From contig NC_068983.1 of assembly GCF_001194135.2 (NCBI RefSeq), positions 93,142,839 through 93,182,668 on the forward strand: DNA of 39,830 nucleotides. The letters are read 5' to 3'. How positions within the stretch are numbered: the stretch's first letter is position 1; each line of letters opens with the position of its first letter. The notes under the pieces are model-generated. The model worked only from the letters and a program-made list of their open reading frames with translations, searched no databases and had not been told where the DNA came from. Origin of the DNA: Octopus bimaculoides (Eukaryota). A program made the position numbers and the translations under genes. Shown here in pieces: positions 11,988 to 24,700 of the stretch.

Positions 11988-12790
11988 GACCATCAGAGAC
12001 CAGTGAGCATGATGCCATTAATATTCTGTTCAAACTGTTGCAGATCAACACCTGCAAGAGAGGCACAAGTAAGGACAAGATTCCAGAATACTGATATTAT
12101 AAGGAGAAAGGATTGGGTATTGTGGTAAGTGTGGAGTTAAGGCATCTGAATACAACAAAGGTGATAAAAATTGGAAAGATGTGTGGATCAGGGGTACCTG
12201 AGTGAAGAAGGTATGAAACTAGCCAGATCCAACGAGCAGAGGTCATTATAAGAGCAATAGAAAAGACAAAGAGAGGCGGCAGCACCTGTGGGCCAGAGGC
12301 TGGAGCATATTTATTAGTTTCTGAATGCTGATCAGTTGAATAACCCTTCTCTGAATGTAGTCCAGGATGTCTGTGTATACAGCAACAACACAGTTCCAGG
12401 TGTGGAAGCAATACTCTATTGAAGGCCTCGTATCTTGTACAGTGTTAGCAATTGTTGGGGGATATATCTTCTGATTCTGAGGAGAAATGCCAGATTTTAA
12501 GCTCTTTGGTGTGTTAAGGATTTGCTTCTGTCAGGAGATATCATTGGTGATAGTGAAGCCCATAGGACACTACTGATGCAAGGGATGAGAGATGAGTAGA
12601 GCCTGTAGCCTGGAAGTTTCAGTAGAAGATTTGCATGCTGGACATGGTCAAAAGGCTTTGCTGATATCTAGGCAACAACATTGCTTTCACAAAACTCTGA
12701 AGCATGAGGTCACTGGTGAGTGACACAAGAAAGTAGACCTACAGTGGAAACCATACTAGTGGCCACTGAGGAGAAAGAAGAATTCAATGT
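11988..12790 (-). mobile_element. Decayed CR1/L2-group LINE fragment (part of RT plus 3' end, internally deleted)
   Basis: Minus-strand remnants YGFHCRST, DISKAFDHVQHANLLLKL (RT motif ALDISKAFD), then IEYCFHTWN, ILDYIQRRVIQLI, LQPLAHR, ASLCLFY. Confidence 0.8.
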
Positions 12791-14904
12791 ATTAAATGAT
12801 GTATTGAAGGACATCATTATTAATGGTTGTCTTCATTACCTGAGAGATGTTCAAGTGAGTATAGAAATAAAAAGTTTCTAGCTTGCATCCAGTCAGGAAA
12901 AAGAATTCCAATGATAATAAGAAATTGAATTAATTAAAACAATATCATTCATTTTATTAGTTAAGATATAAATATTGTACATCTATATATAACATATTAA
13001 AATATATTAAGATGAGGTTATTAGTCTATAACATAATAATCTTTAAAACAATCTGGTTTTAAAAAATAACAAAACCTATTTCTGTCTTTAATTTGTTTAT
13101 ATCTGCTTTATGGATTAAAAGTAATTTGTTATATTCTAAGTTCTCTCCTAAAGAGATAATGTAATAATTTAATGTCTAGTATTTCTTGTTTATGCAATGA
13201 TCATTTACTAATTTACTATTTTATGCTAAATTCATTAACCTTTGCAGGAACTGATTTAACAAATTTTCTGAGCTTGAAGGAAGATGAAATGTTTTTCTGT
13301 GATATTTCTTATAAAATACCTTTAAGTGATAATGATATTAATAACATTTCAGATGTAGTTATTTGGTATTCATTAGTTGATATTCAAATTAGCTTTCATA
13401 AGAAAAATTTTGGAGGTTTCATGACTATTTTTGTACTCGTATGTTTAAACTGAAAGATTGACTATTATTATTATTATTATTATTATTCACATTAACGCAT
13501 TAGAGATAACTTCATCTAGTTCAGGCAAACATGTCTTTAATTTCCTTATGCAATAACTGTGCATCACTAGCTCACGCACACCTCACTAAGTATCATTGCT
13601 TATGTCATGTTTGTTTGTTTGATTGTTTAAGTATCTACTCCAATATCTCAAAAACTACTGAAGTTAGCAAATCCAATTTTTTTTATCAGTAATTACTAAG
13701 GAAATTAACGTTTCTTTGAAGTTTTACTTTCTTTTACAAGCCATTTGGATATTAAGCATGCAGCTCAATTCTGTTCAAAACACCATGTATTTAGCAAGTT
13801 GTGGCCTTTGTGAAAAAATAAATGAAGCTGCATGGAAAATATTAAATGACTGAGAATTCTTTACATAAAGATAATATTTCTGTCAGATATCAAAATGTAG
13901 AAATATTAACTACATATGTAGATATAACAGTAACTAGTACAAAATAAATTCAAATATTGTACAAAATAGATTCAAATTTTAACTGCACATGTGAGTATAA
14001 TAGCAGCACAAAAGACATTTAAATATTGTTTTTAATGAGTTTCAAACATTGAAATGTAGTCATGCTGGAGGTACTATCTTCAAAATTTTTGGTTACTCAT
14101 ATTAACTTAATATTTTTCTGGAACTTACTTTACTGACGACAACAACCTATGTTGATCTAAGCATAAAGAGACATAATCTATGCTTCCTTGACTCTCTACA
14201 TTGGAATGTACCAAACTCTTTCAAAATACATATATATAAAGGGACTGAAATGGTATCAAGAAAAGCCTGGTTAGAGGCCCAACCTTCTGAGTTCTTTAAC
14301 AGGGCTTAGTGAAACTGAAGGACAACTGCAATAAGTGTGTGAATCTGAGCAGAGAATATGTTAAGTAAAATCATAATTAACTGATTCTCCTGTATTTTCT
14401 TTTACCCAAGCCAGGAACTTTTCAGCACCCCTTTGTTTATCATTTTTCCACACAGTTTCCATTTACCTAATTTCACATGCAAGATTTTGCTACACTGGGA
14501 GGCCAAATCTGGAAACAAACTTTGTAACTACACATTGTCACCTTCATCCATACATACTGAATATTTTCCTTTGGCTGTAATTTATTAACTGGGTCAAATA
14601 TTTTTCCTGGTCATACAAAAGAATGTGAAGTGGAGTGTGCACTGAACACTCTCCCACTTATTTTATTTATTATTTCTCACCTATTTTCAACAGGATTTTT
14701 CTTCATGTTATTGGATATAAATGATTAACAATTTTTGTTTCCGTATTTCTAAATGGAATCCTTCAATATATCTTGAGGTCATCTTAGAAATATTATTTGA
14801 CAATTAATAAAAATCCTTAGTTTGCTGACAATTTAATTTGTTACTCATTTCTGAAAGTATTTTGGAAAAAAAAAAAAAAAAGTACTTAAATTCAGTACGC
14901 TACA

Positions 14905-15382
14905 GTGTGTGTGTGTGTGTGTGTGTGTATACATGTATGTATGTATGTATGTATGTATAAGAAATTGAAAATGCACTGGACATTTTCAACCTCTTTTTCT
15001 ATATTTCTACTCATTTGGAATAAAAATCTTCAGAGTGTGTGTGTGTGTGTGTGTGTGTGCATACACATATCCATACACACACAGATTTTTCTGAATTATT
15101 CAATTTCCGAACAATTTCTTTTTCTTATGACAATTAATATAAAATCTCATACATTTACTTACTAGTGATTCCTCCATCACTAATGCAGCATGTATGCTAA
15201 TGTAATGCTTTGCTGAGAAGTTCAGAATAAGAGAAAAACATGTTCACATTTGACTCTACTACAATATTTGCTTAGAAAATAAATACTAGCAATATTGGTC
15301 ATTAACTAATACTTTTGCTCACCATATTTATATCAAGCATTAAATGTTATACTAATTCACCTCTGTATGTTTGTGTACATAC

Positions 15383-15422
<40 letters not shown>
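14905..15422. repeat. Microsatellite cluster: (TG)n, (TATG)n, (TG)n, (ATAG)n
   Basis: Visible at about 14905-14957, 15034-15058 and 15382-15422. Confidence 0.95.
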
Positions 15423-16807
15423 GCAGAGAGACAGAGAGAAAGTCTTTTTGTAGAATTAATGTTGAGTGGTGAGTGTACACTGGTGTTACAAGAAGAAGAA
15501 ATATGCAGCAGCTACCATCATTGTCCTTACATCCAGTAAAATTTCATGATCGATAGCACATTGCTGTGATTCTATCATGGAAATCCAATCAGAACAACTG
15601 TTATCTTTCTGCTTGAAAATCACTTGCTAATGTGTTAGTAGTTTCTTAGATATCATCTACACATATTTCCTTTAAGCCTTTTTGGATTTATGATATTTGG
15701 AATTGTGATATAAAGCTTAATGATTCTGAAATAAAAAATAGAAAAAAAAAGTTTTAATGTCATTTTGTACTTTTTCAAAGAGAATAATTTATTTCTTTGC
15801 TGTTGCTTGATTTTAGTTGATCTTTCTGCCAAATATGACAAAGTGGATATCAATTTTCGACATTTCAACAACCTATGCCAACTATTTCTCACCTATGGGG
15901 CACACCCCAATAGATGGGAAGCATGCCAGTATCAGTTGCAGCAGTATAATAATCATTCTTTAACATTGGTGAAACATCAAACAATTAAATGGTAATTTGC
16001 TAAGATTGTTGCATCTCACATTCACTTTATTATAATAAACCATGTGATGAATAAATATATTTGAGGTATAATACATTGGTAATTTATACTAATGAGGAAA
16101 TATATTTCAAAGAGTTTGTACAATAGCAGAATTCTTAGGTCATTTTATTATGAGATTCAATTATATTTTTTTATCTGTTTTATATCCATTTTTCTACATA
16201 TCAATCGATATGAGTGAGAGTTCTTTTTCTTTTCTTTTTAAATAAGGTTAGACTAATTAGTTTTACTGTCAGGTGATATAATTTCTCCTACCAACTAATT
16301 AATCATAAAGCAGGACTGATACCAGTTGTTGGCCAGGGAGACTGATGCAGTGTATTATGCTTTGTCTATTGGTAATATTCATTCACTAACTCACTACAAT
16401 CATTAACACACAGACATGTAGTTTCTTTGTTTTCTATCATGTGCTTTTCCTCTCTTTGATCGTCTGTCATGATATAACAGTTTAGAGGAATCTAAACTAT
16501 CTCCTGCATATCCTCTCTACTCTGAACCAACCAGTTCTTCTCTTGTGACCCTTGCTGTATCTTATTTCTCATATATCAGCATAAACATTTCAACCAATCC
16601 TAACCTTTCCAGAACCACAACCTTCTGGAATTTCCACCCTGCAGATCATCAGTGATCTCAGAGGGCCTGCAAATGTGATGGGCACTGCCACTTTACCTGT
16701 CATTTTAAGAAATTCACTATAGTATAGATTATATAGTTTAAGTCCACACTTGAATTCACATTACTACACTTAAACTGAAAATTATTGTTTTTCTTAATAT
16801 GTCCATT

Positions 16808-16960
16808 GTTTAGTCCCAGCCTAGCTCTGAGTGAGTAAACCAATGATCAAAAGAATATCAACCATAACCAACCTCTTGCCAGAAAATAAACAGATAGGAT
16901 TATCATGGCTGAAATGCCTTTGATTATAGGCCTCAGATTAGGGATGACCTGGAGCTGAAC
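16808..16960. repeat. Two diverged ~60-bp copies of one repeat tail in inverted orientation, spacer ~35 nt
   Basis: 16808-16867 aligns with the reverse complement of 16903-16960 at roughly two-thirds identity by eye. A third copy lies near 17405-17455. Confidence 0.6.
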
Positions 16961-17579
16961 TGTTAAAAAAAGAAATTTCATCTAGATGTATCAACCTTCG
17001 AGAACTAAGATCTTTGACCATGGATATAATGAATGAAAAAGCAATGACAAAATATGAGCTACAGACCATTGGCTAGTTATGTGATAGTGTCTACTTTGAC
17101 ATTCATGCTTTCTCACCCAGTAAAATATGTCTGAATTGTTACAAACATTCTCTACTGATAACCTCATCTTTTGAAACAAAGATTTTTCAACATTTACAGC
17201 CATGCTTTTCAACATTGGATTTTCAACATTTACATCCATTTTTGCCAACTCAAATACCTTGAGTTGATAAAGGAATTGCTATACTGATTTTATCCTGTAA
17301 GAAATAGAAGCTAAATTTCCCTCAAACCTCAAATTACATTCCCCCAACTTAAAGGAAATTCACATTAAATAATACATATCGGATGCTCCTAAAAAGTTGT
17401 GATGCTCATGACTGGGTTATAAGTTTGTTCAATCAGGGTTGAGCAGGGGCTAAAAACAGCATCTCACTACCTTTAATCTTCTATATTATTCATCAAATGC
17501 CTTACGTTGTACTTGGGTGTGTGTGAATTTGTATAATGAGAACTAATTTTCTATTTTACTATAATATTATTTTTTATTA

Positions 17580-17965
17580 TTTTACTGGTTTCAGTCATAC
17601 GACTGCAGCCATGCTGGAGCACCGCCTTGAAGTGATTTTGTTAAACAATTTTACCCCAAGACTTACTTTTGAGCCTAGAACTTATTCATTCATTCTCTTG
17701 CCAAACCGCTAAGTTATGGGACATAAACACACTAACACCAGTTATCAAGCGATGATGGGGACAAAAAAGACACAGACACATATATATATATACATACATA
17801 TGTGTGTGTGTGTGAGACGGGCTTCTTTCAGTTTCTGTCTACCAAATCCACTCAAGGCTTTAGTCATCACAAGGCTCTAATAGAAGATACTTACCCAAGG
17901 TGTCATGCAATGGGACTGAACCCATAACCATGCGATTGGGAAGCAAGCTTCTTACCATATAGTCA
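17580..17965 (-). mobile_element. Two adjacent SINE-type repeats (second is type C)
   Basis: gtttcagtcat..gactgcagccatgctggagcaccgcc... followed by gggcttctttcagtttctgtctaccaaatccactc...gaagatacttacccaaggtgtcatgcaatgggactgaaccc. Confidence 0.75.
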
Positions 17966-18879
17966 AATGATTTATGTCTGAAAAACAGCAACTACTACTA
18001 CTGTTTCTACACGGTTGAATGAAATGTTATGATTTCAAGAAATTGGTTCAATAGCTTCATTGATCAAGAGATTAAATGTCTTGGAAAGTTGTGCTCTCCA
18101 GAAGAAATATTTTTATACTGCAGCTTTACCCAACATTCAGGATATGTACAACATATGATCACTTCCCTATTTTGACACTTATCATTTGTGACACCATCTT
18201 GTTTGCTGATCTACTCCCTTCCTTCCATCCTGAACTTAGAATCTGGTCCTTCAAAAAAAAGAACCAACTATTTTAATAACAGCTTCTACTCTAGCATTCT
18301 ATCACTTACAGAATGGATGATCATCTAGAAATCCGTTAGTAAATAAATAATATTCTACACCCTGTTATCTTTATTAAAGCTTTTAGCTTCTAAGAAATCA
18401 GTCAAATCATACTTCAATGCGTGTGCAATGGTATATGATAATATAGTATATGATAATATATTTCCATATCAAATACGATTGAGAGGAGCGGCCAGTTTGA
18501 TTAGAAGTTTTGTTGTTATTAATTCTTGCTAATCTTTGATTCCCCCCCACCCCACTAGATTGTTCTTGTAATCTTCCTTTTCTGTTTCAAAAACTGATTG
18601 TTAGTACTTCTCTACTTTTATCTTTCAATATATTTGGGAAAGGCAAAAGCATTACAACTTCTTTTCCCTTCCAACAACCCATTATGCTTCTTAATATTTT
18701 CCTTAGCAATTAAACTTTTCTTCTCTCATTCATAGTGGAAGGGTATCTGGGCAACTAGTCACTTCAACTTAATGCAAAAGTTTACTTTTTTGGTATCACA
18801 AGAACAGTGAAGAAATAAAATTACAGCTTCCTCCTAAATAGACAATGATTGGCACAATAGGAAGAAAGTGGGGCTTAGA

Positions 18880-19780
18880 AGGGTAACAATTTGTGATGAA
18901 TATAATCAATGCCAGTGACTTAAAACCTTCATAAATCAGCATATTTGCAGCTGTACAATCTTTCTGTATTATGTAGCACAACAAATATTTCTTTTTGTGA
19001 GGGAGTGGCTATATCTAGATTGTAGACATTCTTTGCAAGGAGTGGAATAATCCGAACTGGAACAAGGTTCATGTCTTCCATGGTCCATTTGTGATTGCAT
19101 GAGCTATGTAGAAGCATAACCAGCTCATGAGTCATAATTCAAATGGTTACTTGAATGACACTCCTTTTGAGATGCTGGTCCAAGGTATCATTTGTTGGAG
19201 GTATTCTCTCTAAATTCCTGGCCAGCTGATAGAACATCATTCTCAGATCATCTTTGGCATCATTGGTGTGAGATTCATAGGAGTACAGCTAGCAGACAAG
19301 CTGCATCCCAAACTCTTTTAGTTGTATCTCTTTCAGTACTACCAGGAGTTACAAACATGTACCTATAAGCTTGAACTTGCACTCCTGATATGATTGTATG
19401 AATGAGTTGTTGCTACTTCTAAATGAGTAACAACTGTACTTCTGGTTTTCCTCTCTAGATTATGATCTCAATAATCAAAGATTATCTATACTTTAGAGTG
19501 TTTACAGGCCTGCTTCAGAAGAATGTTGTGGTCACAACAGTAATTTGGTAAGGATAATGTGTTCTCATGAATTGGATAATGCTCTTGAAAAAGTTCTACC
19601 TGCTACCTCTGTCTCAGTGATTCCAGCTTCTGTGATGATTTCACATCATCCAGACTCACATAAGAAATATCTTCTAGTAGCCCACAGAGACATTTCAATA
19701 GGATGTCCTCCTAAAATTACAAGAAATATGTCATCTTCAAACATTTCAGGGAAACACCCATTTTATATAATATTATATAG
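18880..19780 (-). mobile_element. Academ DNA transposon relic with internal deletion
   Basis: Minus strand gives PEMFEDDIFLVILGGHPIEMSLW..SG*CEIITEAG (LGGLHIEM-type core) and FIQSYQECKFKL, then immediately QLVC*LYSY..DLRMMFYQLARNLERIPPTNDTLDQHLKRSVIQ and a Cys-rich tail. Family name is from recalled Academ motif architecture. Confidence 0.7.
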
Positions 19781-21209
19781 ACTTCAAGATTACATTTGAT
19801 ATTCTTTTGTTCTTGAACACTTAATTACTTGAAAATATAGAAATAAAAAAATAAATATGATTGCAGATCTTCATTAAAAAGCAAATGACACCAAAAAGGT
19901 TCATATTAAATTAAAACTTTGCTGCTATTTGAATACTGTCACATTCCTCAAAAGTATAGGTTCATGCTATACTTGTCCTCTATTGTACTCATCACTGTTT
20001 ACTCAGGCTGAAGTTTTAATGCCAAAAAGTAAACTTCTCTATAAATTTGAAATGAAAATTACTTTTGCTATATTGAGTGAAATCAATATAATCACGGATT
20101 TAAGCCACTATAACCAGCCAGGTTAAACTTCCATCAGATAGAATAATATACAAGTTGTAGAATGCTTGAAATACTCTTTCTATAGTTCTCTACTGTTAAT
20201 TACAAGTAGCTTATAGTTGCTGAGCATGATAACCATTATTCCATCAGTTAACCATGAAATGATTCCAAGCCTATATTGGATTTTGTTATTAATGATCATA
20301 AATATTTGACATGCATGAATGAATTAAATGATGCTAAAATCACTTGGTGTAAGGATTGCAGACATTTTCATGCCCTGGGTAACTAATGTAACTTGAATGA
20401 TTCCATTCAAACTAAAATTCTAACATATTCAAATCTAAATCTATAAATTTAATTTTTAAATAGCTTTGCAAATGTTAAGCAACATTAATGGAGACATCAT
20501 TATCGCTTAATGCCTGCTTTTTTAAAGTTAGAGATCTGCAGTAGATCTTCATCCTCAATTATCTTGTCTGTAAGGATCAACATCATTATTCCCTCATATG
20601 TGTTTCTCTATTTTGGGAACATTTCACTGTCAACACACATACCAGTTTTCCTCAGCATGTGTCCATTTGTATCTTGTAACTGTCATCTCTGCTGTATGCA
20701 TTGACTGAGTGTAGCCTCTTTTCCAACTTACATATGCTTTGCCATTCAAACATTACAAAAACAAATACTGAAGAATAGAAAAAACTGGGCAATAAAGCAT
20801 GTGTTGATTTAATCAATTCACTTCAAGAGATTAAATAGTATCGTAGATTAAGATGGGCAGGCTTTCAGCACTTGAAAGAAGATACCTTCTACCACATGAA
20901 TTACCCATAGAAAATTTCAACTCCATAAGAATCTATAAATTAATTTATATAATTCCTATTGTGCTTGATCAAAACAAACTTTGGAATTATGAGGAATTAA
21001 TAAATGTCCAGAAAGAGGAATATATATATATTGACAAGCAGAGATTAGACTGCAAAACCAAAGGATTATTTACTCATTCAAGCACAATGCAACTATACAG
21101 AAAGAAATTGTATATTTCAATTACTAGGTTCTACAATAAAATATTAGCATTTAAAAAGATAATAGTGAGGCATCAGGAATTCAATTCTTTAAATTAACAG
21201 ACAATTAAC

Positions 21210-21310
21210 AGCAGAACCTGGTGTAGTCTTCTGACTTGCCAGTTTCCTGTCACACCATCCAACCCATGTTTCCAGCATGGAAAATAGACATTGAATGATG
21301 ATGATGAATT
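21210..21310 (+). mobile_element. Type B SINE / RTE 3' tail fragment
   Basis: ccatccaacccatgtttccagcatggaaaatagacattgaa(tga)n. Confidence 0.7.
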
Positions 21311-21554
21311 ATATAACAAATATAGGAAATAGTAGGGGATAGTAATATCAATTAGCAGTGAGGATATGTCCAAGAATGAAGGAATGTACACAAAAAAGTA
21401 TAATAAAATCACTAGAAGACTTTTGAATCCACTGCAGTTGATGTAGCATGAACTGAAGACCATGAATATACTTACATAACTTATTGGAAGTTATAGTCAA
21501 GTTCTGCTAACTTGAAGATACAATTGATGTTGCAGATAAATGTAGTGACAATTC

Positions 21555-21650
21555 AAATGGGTGGGGAAAGTTCAAAGAGTACTGCCACCCCTTTTGGCAA
21601 CAAAGGCTTTCTCTCTTTAGACAAAAGGAAGACAATATAAGATGTTTCTA
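21555..21650 (+). mobile_element. Short RTE LINE fragment
   Basis: gggtggggaaagttcaaagag...caaaggctttctctct..aaaaggaaga is homologous to the GWKKFKEL..KG.SL..KGRL segment at 24240 and 34350. Confidence 0.55.
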
Positions 21651-21835
21651 AGAAGTGGATGAGTATATATCAAACATCAATGAATAGGTCATACATCAAT
21701 AATTGTGTGTTCAGAATACTGAAAAGATTGTTATGTGAAATTTTACTGATTTTATATTGATCTATTTTAAATACTACTAATGACTTTAAAATGTATTTGT
21801 AGCATTGTTGGAATCTTACTAAAAACTTAACTACA

Positions 21836-22028
21836 TTAACTCTTGAGATAAAATCATTTCAAGCAACAGATATGGGGACAGACAATGGTTTCTTTTCACT
21901 TAATGCATATTAAAATGCCTGGAGTGCTAACTGTACAAAAATAGTATTATTAATTTATTCATTCAAGCTAACTGAAATATAAAAATCAAAGCTAAATTTT
22001 AAAAAGTCGAAAATGCTGCAAGAGTTAA
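21836..22028. mobile_element. Small MITE with TTAA-type ends
   Basis: ttaactcttg (21836-21845) and caagagttaa (22019-22028) are perfect inverted repeats. Confidence 0.6.
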
Positions 22029-23629
22029 TTAAAACAAGACTTATTAATCAAGCCAACTATGTTGATTAGTATAGAAACCATTTGCAAATCTATAACACCT
22101 CATAATTGTTATCAAAGTTATTTATGAATTATTGTCACTGCATGTTGAAATAACTTTTTGAAAATAAATCTTGCTGTGTTTTTTTTAAACCAAAAAACCA
22201 TTTTTATTGTATAAAGATATCTTATTTCATTACCAAAATTAATCATTGTCAGTTTAAAATCCAAGCTCATTCTCTATCAGTACATTTGTGAACCCAACAA
22301 TCTAAAGTATGTTCCATCCTTTAAACTGTTCTATTGCTTGTCTTCGTTATTTTTTCAACAATACTTTATCTTGGCATTATATGAAACAATCAGTCAACTG
22401 TAGATATGCAATACTTTGATTTCCAAACATTTTGTCCTAGATTTTTATTCTCCTCAATCATTGAAGATTTTTCTGCTTACCCCAGCTTGGTTTTCCTGTC
22501 ACCCTACAACATTGAATGGGTCATCTCAGTAACAAAACCTACCAAAATACCTCCTGAAAAATTTCCACAGGTATTTCCCAAATTCTTCATTACCTGTCTT
22601 CATCAGTCTGCTTGTTGATGTTTGTTGCATAACCGCAGATAAGTCCTGGTTAAGCAGTCATATGGCATGCAGGCACTGGTCAAACAAGACATTACCCACA
22701 TATTCATCTTCCCAATTATACCAGATGTACAGAAATAGATAGGACAGTAGAGAGAGTACAATATGTTCAGGCTGTCACGTTGCACTCCATATGATTCATC
22801 ACTACAGTTCAGTTTGGTGAATTTCTTTGGTGGCTATTAATATTATCTTTTATTAAGGGAAAAACCAAACACACTCAGGGAAATAAAAAGAAGGTAGAAT
22901 TGTCTATATATTTCTCAAAGGCATTAGTATTGTAAGTAAATTAAAATAATTCTATGAAATTGCCTCAGTTACATAACAATAACAATATCAATGATTGGAG
23001 AGCACGTCATTAGTTAAAACTTGAGGGAATAAATAACATTTTTAGACAAATACTAACAATCAATAACTCACTATATACAAAATAGATGGAGGACAAGGAA
23101 AGAGCATAATTACAAGGGTTTCCTTTTGGAAACAGATTCCTTGATTTAAGTAGATAGTGATATAGAAATTTCTATTTAAATTAGCTTATACTCAAGTTTT
23201 CCTTCTTAAGACCTAAAGCAGAAAATCTTAATCATATATTTCGACATTAAGTAAATATTTACTACGTAATCATTATTATGTACTGTTACTCTCTAAAAAC
23301 ATTTTATGTGACCAAAATAAAATAAAGAAGGGCTACCTTAAATTTTACTATACTTCTTGGCTATTCATTGTTTAAAATTCCAATATATTCCTTTTTATAT
23401 AGTCACTGAACAAGATATAAAAACAATTGATTAGGAACAAAATTAACCTAAACGAGATGCAGCTCAACTTTTTGCCAGGAAGAGGTTCTACGAATGCTCT
23501 CCTTCTAGTAATTCAATTGCAGAAATATTTAGCTAGGAATAAGCCACTATACTTAGCATTTATTAATCAGGAGAAAACTTTGAAAATGTTCCTCACTCAG
23601 TAATTTGGTGGTCACTAAAAAAACTAAGG

Positions 23630-24700
23630 TAAATGAGGACTGTGTAAGCCATCTACAGGGGTGCAGTCAACAAAATGTGAGTATGATAATAAATTTAGTG
23701 TGATGGTAGAGCTCCACCAAGATACAGTTCTAAGCACCCTCTGTTTATTATAATTCTCCAGTCCATAATGGAGGAATTTAAGACCAGCTGTCTGTGGGAA
23801 AACTTAGATACTGATGACTTAGTACTTACAAATGGATTTGTAAAAGGTTTAGAGGAAAATTCCAGTCATGAAAGCAAAATCTATACTTGAAAAGCTTTAA
23901 AATGAACTTAACAAAGACTAAAACTTAATTAAGAAGGAAAGAAAACGAAACCCTTCAGAGAAATGGCTGAGATGGATAAGCATAAAATAAGTAGGCAGAA
24001 ATTCCAAAGAGTGTAGACTATGGATGCATAAGACTGTAGTGAGATTGCAAACAGACTAACAGGGAAGGTAGACTTCCTATACAGCACAAGAGTAGTCAAT
24101 AACAAGGGCACAAATGAAATAAAGTCTCTGAAATTACCAAAAAGCACTCTAGATGTAATTGGTAGTGTTTGTTACTCAAGTGATTTAATGAGCAGTACAA
24201 GTGGATATCCTAAAACATTGTACCTAAAGTAAACACAGAGTAGGAAATGTTTAGGGAGATATTACCATTGTTGGTAACAAAGGGCTTCTCCCACAGGTTG
24301 AAAGGTAGATTGTATGATGCCTGCAGACAAAGTGCAATGTTGCATGGCAGCAATACATGCAGCTTGAATATAAAATATTTGCAAAGATCAGAAAAAAATG
24401 AAGTGTACATGCTCTAATAAATGTGTAATGAAAGTATGCATGAATGACGGGGTACAAATGAGCTCAGAGAAAGGCTGAATATAAGAAAAATCGGATGTAG
24501 TGAGCAAGAGAGTGCACTGGTACAAGCATGTTAGGTGCATGAAGGAGTTCAACACCATTAAGAATTGAATGCTCAAATTAAATGGCATCAGGGGAAAAGG
24601 AGACATAGGACAACATAGGGTGAAGTGGTGAAAACTGATTTCAAGATGCTTAACCTCATAAAGGAGATGGCAAGGGACTGTGATGAGTGGCAACACATTT
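23630..24700 (+). mobile_element. Decayed RTE-clade LINE (RT to 3' end)
   Basis: VELHQDTVLS / LFIIILQSIMEEFKTSCLWENLDTDDLVL (YADD region), then FREILPLLVTKG, KGRLYDAC, ELRERLNIR, VVKTDFKMLNL. Confidence 0.85.

Noticed and set aside
11731-12078. 115-aa minus ORF that looks protein-like
   Set aside because: Starts within the LINE tail and includes a tRNA B-box-like ggttcctagttcaaatcc, suggesting a SINE head remnant. No domain recognised.
16991-17248. ORF with repeated VNVEN/VEN peptides
   Set aside because: Explained by three copies of ttttcaacatt; no splice support.
17258-17294. Spliceable minus segment encoding DKISIAIPLSTQG (TQG is an FA58C motif)
   Set aside because: Overlaps an interspersed repeat, and the intervening W[LI]Q exon needed to connect it is missing.
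20732-20767. 36-nt minus segment with strong acceptor and gtaagt donor (FVFVMFEWQSI)
   Set aside because: Phase 1-1 does not follow the phase-0 end of the micro-exon and the peptide is uninformative. Such pairs arise by chance in AT-rich introns, but RNA-seq could rescue it.
22400-22785. GC-richer block with broken frames on both strands
   Set aside because: In-frame stops and no identifiable motif; probably an old TE fragment.
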